Shown here piece by piece: positions 27,763 to 32,000 of a stretch of DNA of 32,000 bases (within the stretch, counting starts at the first letter, position 1; each line of letters begins with the position of its first letter). Under the pieces are notes generated by a model, which did no database searches, had not been told where the DNA came from, and saw only the letters and a list, made by a program, of their open reading frames with translations. The DNA is from Phycisphaera mikurensis NBRC 102666 (GTDB lineage Bacteria; Planctomycetota; Phycisphaerae; Phycisphaerales; Phycisphaeraceae). The position numbers and the translations under genes are program-made. The DNA lies in NCBI RefSeq assembly GCF_000284115.1, contig NC_017080.1, positions 2,910,001-2,942,000 on the forward strand, read 5' to 3'.

Positions 27763-28731
27763 ATGACCCGCTCGCTCACCACAACGATCCTCGTGGCGGT
27801 CGGCCTCTTCGCGGCGGTGGCCGGGCGGGCGGAGGCTCCGGGCCCGCCGCGGGGCATGGTGCTCGTCCCCGGCGGCACCTTCGCGATGGGCACCGACGAC
27901 CCGCGGGGGATGCCCAACGAGCGGCCGGCCCGGGAGGTGGCGGTCGACGCTTTCTTCCTCGATCGGGCGCCGGTCACCAACGCGGAGTTCGCCGCCTTCG
28001 TCGAAGCCACCGGTTACGTCACCGAGGCCGAGCGGCCGGTCGACTGGGAGGTCCTCAAGACGCAGGTGCCCCCCGGCACGCCCGCCCCGCCGCCGGAGAT
28101 GCTCCTGCCCGGCTCGTTGGTGTTCACCCCGCCGCCGCCGGGCTCGGGCCCCGTGGACCTGCGCGACCTCTCGCGCTGGTGGAGCTGGACGGCCGGCGCG
28201 AGCTGGCGGCACCCCGACGGGCCCGGAAGCGACCTGGACGGCCGCGGCGACCACCCCGTCGTGCAGGTGAGCTTCCACGACGCCGAGGCGTACGCGGCCT
28301 GGGCGGGCAAGCGGCTGCCGACCGAGGCGGAGTGGGAGTTCGCCGCCCGCGGCGGCAGCGACACCCGCTTCTTCTGGGGGGAGCAGTTCCGGCCGGGCGG
28401 CCGCTTCATGGCGAACACGTTCACCGGGAGCTTCCCGCTGAACAACACCGCAGCCGATCGGTTCGCGGATCGTTCGCCGGTCGGCAGCTTCCCCGCCAAC
28501 GGCTACGGGCTGGTCGACATGGCCGGCAACGTGTGGCAGTGGACGAGCAGCTTCTACGGCGCGGGCGGACGCGTGGACCGGTCGCAGCGGGTCATCAAGG
28601 GCGGCTCGTACCTCTGCCACGCGGACTACTGCGAGAGCTACCGCCCGCCGGCGCGGCGGCCGCTGACGCCGGACACGGGCAGCGGCCACGTCGGCTTCCG
28701 CTGCGCATGGGATCCGCCTCCGGAAGATTGA
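27763..28731 (+). CDS. Formylglycine-generating enzyme (sulfatase-activating) family protein, secreted
   Basis: 322 aa: signal-like N-terminus; MVLVPGGTFAMGTDDPRGMPNERPAREV, HPVVQVSFHDAEAYAAWAGKRLPTEAEWEFAARGG, VWQWTSSFY, RVIKGGSYLCHADYCESYRPPARR...GHVGFRC with both active-site Cys (CxxxxC). Confidence 0.92.
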   Translation: MTRSLTTTILVAVGLFAAVAGRAEAPGPPRGMVLVPGGTFAMGTDDPRGMPNERPAREVAVDAFFLDRAPVTNAEFAAFVEATGYVTEAERPVDWEVLKTQVPPGTPAPPPEMLLPGSLVFTPPPPGSGPVDLRDLSRWWSWTAGASWRHPDGPGSDLDGRGDHPVVQVSFHDAEAYAAWAGKRLPTEAEWEFAARGGSDTRFFWGEQFRPGGRFMANTFTGSFPLNNTAADRFADRSPVGSFPANGYGLVDMAGNVWQWTSSFYGAGGRVDRSQRVIKGGSYLCHADYCESYRPPARRPLTPDTGSGHVGFRCAWDPPPED

Positions 28732-28772
28732 CGCCCACGCCCACGCCCACGCCCACGCCCAAGCCCAAGCCC
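28731..28772 (+). repeat. Hexanucleotide tandem repeat, 7 units
   Basis: (ACGCCC)5(AAGCCC)2, beginning on the last base of the preceding stop codon. Confidence 0.9.
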
Positions 28773-28773
28773 G

Positions 28774-28819
28774 CCGCGGACCGCAGGACTTCCGGGGCCG
28801 CGTGGGCGACGGTCCGCGG
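28774..28819. repeat. 46-bp palindromic-ended element, copy 6
   Basis: CCGCGGACCG (28774-28783), 26 nt, CGGTCCGCGG (28810-28819); 42 nt past the FGE stop. Confidence 0.8.
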
Positions 28820-28842
28820 CACGGGCTTCGGATCGCCACCGC

Positions 28843-30621
28843 TTAGCGCCGGCTGATCTCCAGGATCGCCGTGTCGGCGTTGAGGTTCGGGTCGTCCGTC
28901 GCCGCCACGTCGACGCCGCGCGTCGTGTCGAGGTACAGCGCGCGGTGCACGCGGATGCCCATCTCCGCGAGCAGCTCCTCGACGTCGCGGATGGAAGGGA
29001 AGCGGCGGTTGGGGGTGTCGGCCCAGTGGTGGTCGTAGGCCCCGCCCCCGCTCTTGGACAGAGGCGAGCGGCCGTTGCGGAGGAAGTCGTCGCGTAGCTC
29101 GCGGAAGGCGAAGTTCGCGAAGGACAGCAGCACGCGCCGGCCGACGCGGGTCATCTCCGCGAGCAGCTGGCGGGTGTTGCGGACGGCCTGGAGCGTGACG
29201 TTCAGCACGACCACGTCGTACTGCCCGTCGGCGTAGCCGGGCAGCCCCAGGTTCAGGTCGTGGTCGACCACGTCGACGCCGTGCTCGACGGCCTCGAAGA
29301 GCAGCCGCTGGCCGACCTCGACGCCGGCGAGCGTGCGGTCGGGGTTGCGGCGGCCGAGCTCCAGCAGCAAGCGGCCGTCGCCGCAGCCCAGGTCCAGCAC
29401 CGAGGCGTCCCGCGGGATCATCTCCAGCAGCCGCCGGTCCGCGTCGCGGAGCGGCTCCACGCCCTCGGCCCGCGGCTCGCGGAGGAAGGCGTTCACCAGC
29501 GGGCCGTACACCGCGATCTCCGCGTCGAGCAAGAAGCCGTCGTGGCCGGCGTCGCTGGTGATCTCCGTGTACGTGACGGGCCGGCCCAGCCGCGTGAGCG
29601 TGTCGACGATCTGCCGGCTCTGCGCCGGCCGGAAGAGCCAATCCGTGGAGAAGCTCGCGAACAGCCAGTGGCACGTCGCGGGCTCGAGCTTCGCCCGCCG
29701 CTCCGCCTCGGTGCGGCCGAGGTCGAAGAGGTCCATGGCGACGGTGATCGCGGCGTAGCTGTTCGCGTCGAAACGCTGCGTGAACTTCTGGCCCTGGTGG
29801 GCGAGGTAGCTGCCCACCGAGAACTTCTTCTCGAAGGCGGTGCGGATGTCGCGCGGCTCGTGGCGGTCGGGGTCGAACTTCGCGTCCATCGACTCCGGCG
29901 AGAGGTAGGTGATGTGCCCGACCATCCGCGCGATCGCGAGGCCGTTCTCGGGGCCGCCGCCGGCCTCGTACCGCCCGCTCGCGAAGGCCGGGTCGCTCTG
30001 GATCGCGTTGCGGGCGACGACGTCGAAGGCGAGCGCCTGGGCGCTCATCCGCGGCGAGGTCGCGATGCCCACGCAGCGCTCGACGCGGCCGGGATGCGTG
30101 ATCGCCCAGGTCATCGCCTGGTGCCCGCCCAGCGAGCCGCCGACCACGGCGCGGAGCTTCCCGACCCCGAGGCCGTCGAGCAGGCGGCGCTGCGCCTCGA
30201 CCATGTCGGCGATCGTCACGACCGGGAAGTCGGGTCCGTAGACGCGGCCGGTCCGCGGGTCGACGCTCGCCGGCCCGGTGGTGCCGCGGCAGCCGCCGAG
30301 CACGTTGGAGCACACGACGTACCACCGCGTGGTGTCGATGCCGTACGCGGACCCCGGTCCGATCAGCCCGTCCCACCAGCCGGCCGCGTCGTCGTCGCCG
30401 TGCCGCGCCGCGTGGCTGTCCCCGGTGAGCGCGTGGCACACCAGCACCGCGTTGGAGCCGTCGGGAGCGAGCTCGCCCCAGGTCTCGTAAGCGACCTCCA
30501 GCACCGGAAGCTCGCCGCCGAGCGCCAGCGACAGCGGCTCCTCGGACCGCCAGAGGCGACGGTGCGACGAGGCTTCCGCGCCTCGGAGGTCATCGGAGCT
30601 GGTCGGGAGGTCGGCACCCAT
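28843..30621 (-). CDS. metXW: Fused homoserine O-acetyltransferase (MetX) and MetW-type methyltransferase
   Basis: Start MGADLPTSSDDLRGAEA at 30621. N-terminal MetX: YETWGELAPDGSNAVLVCHALTGDSHAA, SNVLGGCRGTTGPAS, VVGGSLGGHQAMTWA. C-terminal MetW: DRRLLEMIPRDASVLDLGCGDGRLLLEL, GVEVGQ, VVLNVTLQAVRN, SFANFAFRELR. 592 aa in one frame. Confidence 0.93.
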   Translation of the reverse strand: MGADLPTSSDDLRGAEASSHRRLWRSEEPLSLALGGELPVLEVAYETWGELAPDGSNAVLVCHALTGDSHAARHGDDDAAGWWDGLIGPGSAYGIDTTRWYVVCSNVLGGCRGTTGPASVDPRTGRVYGPDFPVVTIADMVEAQRRLLDGLGVGKLRAVVGGSLGGHQAMTWAITHPGRVERCVGIATSPRMSAQALAFDVVARNAIQSDPAFASGRYEAGGGPENGLAIARMVGHITYLSPESMDAKFDPDRHEPRDIRTAFEKKFSVGSYLAHQGQKFTQRFDANSYAAITVAMDLFDLGRTEAERRAKLEPATCHWLFASFSTDWLFRPAQSRQIVDTLTRLGRPVTYTEITSDAGHDGFLLDAEIAVYGPLVNAFLREPRAEGVEPLRDADRRLLEMIPRDASVLDLGCGDGRLLLELGRRNPDRTLAGVEVGQRLLFEAVEHGVDVVDHDLNLGLPGYADGQYDVVVLNVTLQAVRNTRQLLAEMTRVGRRVLLSFANFAFRELRDDFLRNGRSPLSKSGGGAYDHHWADTPNRRFPSIRDVEELLAEMGIRVHRALYLDTTRGVDVAATDDPNLNADTAILEISRR

Positions 30622-30638
30622 GGAGCCGCGCACCTTAA

Positions 30639-32000
30639 ATGGACGCCTTGCCGCCCGCGCCCCGCTTTCTCCTGTGCCTGCTCGTCGTCCTGCCGCTGTG
30701 GCCCGGGGTGGTCGGCTGCACGAGCACCTCCGACCGCATCCTCGAGTTCCAATCCCGCTACGACCACCGCGCCCTCGCCAGCGCCGAAGCCGCCGCGGAG
30801 AGGAGCCTCCGCCGCGACCACCGCCGGCACGCCATCTACTGGAACCTCGAGCTCGGCAAGACCCGCTTCGAGCGCGGCGACCACGCCGGAGCACTGCAAG
30901 CCTGGGGCGCGGCGGAGGAGGGCATGGACCGCTGGGCCGTGCGGCCGCCCTTCCGCCTCCGCGAGACGGTGGCCACGACGTCCTGGAACGACCTGCTGCT
31001 CCCCTACCGCGGCCGGGTCACCGAGCGGCTGCTGATGCACACGTACCAGAGCCTCGCCGCCCTCTTCCTCGGCGACACCGAGCGGGCGCAGGTGTTCCGC
31101 CGCCGCGCGTGGCGGACGCAGCTCGAGGCCGAGCAGGTCTTCGGCGACGACCTCGCCGCGGACCGCGCCGCCTTCGAACGCCGCCTCGGCTCGGCCGTGC
31201 CCGACGCCGCCGTCGAGCGTTCGGCACGGTCGGTCACCTCCCGCTGGGACGACCGCGTCCGCGGGCCTTACGCGACGCTGCTCAACCCCTTCACGACGCA
31301 CCAGGCCGCGCTGATGGCGCTCGCCGAGGGCAGCACCGCCGAGGCCGAGGGCCTGCTGGCGCGGGCCGCCGCGATGGTGCCGGGCAACCGCTTCGTGCAG
31401 GCCGACCGCGGCCAGCGCGGCTGGCTGGACGCCGGCGAGCCCCTCGTCTACGTCTACGCCGAGCTTGGGCTCGTGCCCCGCCGGCGGCCGGAGAACCTGA
31501 CGGTGCTGCAGGGATTCACCGGCGTGTCGAGCCTGCCGCTTCCGGTGCTCGTGCCGGCGGAGGGGAGGGCCCGCGGGGTGGTGGCGGACGCAGACCGCGG
31601 GGCCTCGGGAACGACCCGCGGTGCATCGGGGCCGGTGCGCGGCGTCGAGCTCGCCGACCTGGGCGCCGCCACGGCCGCCGCGTTCGAGCGCGAGTTCCCC
31701 GGCGTGCTGCTCCGCGCCGTCACCGGCCTGGCCGCCAAGGAGGCCGCCACCGCCGCCGCGATGAACCAGGCCAGGAGCCCCGAGGAGGCGCTCGCGGTGC
31801 TCGTCGGCGGCTCCCTCTGGAAGCTCGCCGCCGCCGAGCCGGACCTCCGCGGCTGGTCGTCGCTGGGCGACGCGGTCGACCTGCTGCGCGTCCCCCGCCC
31901 CGCCGACGGACGCCTGCGCCTCGAGGTGGTCGGTGGCCGCGGCGCGGGCGTCGACCTCATCCTGCCGGAGGCGCAGGCGATCCTCGTCTACCTGCGCAGC
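30639..32000 (+). CDS. Predicted lipoprotein, COG3014-like, truncated by window end
   Basis: Frame opens at ATG 30639 (MDALPPAPRFLLCLLVVLPLWPGVVGCTSTSDRILEFQSRYDHRALASAEAAAERS) with lipobox-like VVGC; stretches translated by eye remain open toward the right edge. Confidence 0.65.
   Translation, partial: MDALPPAPRFLLCLLVVLPLWPGVVGCTSTSDRILEFQSRYDHRALASAEAAAERSLRRDHRRHAIYWNLELGKTRFERGDHAGALQAWGAAEEGMDRWAVRPPFRLRETVATTSWNDLLLPYRGRVTERLLMHTYQSLAALFLGDTERAQVFRRRAWRTQLEAEQVFGDDLAADRAAFERRLGSAVPDAAVERSARSVTSRWDDRVRGPYATLLNPFTTHQAALMALAEGSTAEAEGLLARAAAMVPGNRFVQADRGQRGWLDAGEPLVYVYAELGLVPRRRPENLTVLQGFTGVSSLPLPVLVPAEGRARGVVADADRGASGTTRGASGPVRGVELADLGAATAAAFEREFPGVLLRAVTGLAAKEAATAAAMNQARSPEEALAVLVGGSLWKLAAAEPDLRGWSSLGDAVDLLRVPRPADGRLRLEVVGGRGAGVDLILPEAQAILVYLRS

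Noticed and set aside
30249-30258. Extra CGGTCCGCGG arm inside metXW
   Set aside because: No upstream partner at the expected offset; chance coding match.
1-32000. CRISPR array, defence island, prophage, integrase/transposase, tRNA or rRNA
   Set aside because: No regular direct-repeat/spacer array, no recognisable enzyme motifs, and no T-loop/anticodon architecture seen; tRNAscan-SE and barrnap would confirm.

Overview
High-GC bacterial chromosomal window. Its gene content looks planctomycete/Phycisphaera-like: a PEP-CTERM-type protein, a secreted sulfatase, and an RNase E/G with a long charged tail (lineage is inferred, not tested). Most of it is ordinary housekeeping DNA: priA (partial), an Old Yellow Enzyme reductase, mutS, two secreted/lipoprotein hypotheticals, a CaCA antiporter, a coiled-coil protein, metK, a ptsI-like gene, a 24-aa membrane peptide, rne/rng, dxr, rseP, a laccase-domain protein, a PEP-CTERM-like protein, a thioredoxin-fold protein, a divergent nucleotidyltransferase-like protein, trpB, a sulfatase, a GntR/LacI-like regulator, a formylglycine-generating enzyme, a metX-metW fusion and a partial lipoprotein. 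The long plus-strand ORFs in the six-frame track over minus-strand genes, and the extra frames over plus-strand genes, are high-GC shadow ORFs. The strongest unexplained signal is a dispersed 46-bp element: 10-bp inverted arms CCGCGGAYCG...CGRTCCGCGG (one arm GGGTCCGCGG) separated by exactly 26 nt in all six copies found by eye. Four copies lie 32-49 nt past a stop codon, one is 8 nt from another copy, and one is inside the C-terminal linker region of mutS. A second, unrelated 42-nt repeat occurs twice in-frame in priA. No tRNA, rRNA, CRISPR array, transposase, prophage or recognisable defence system was seen.
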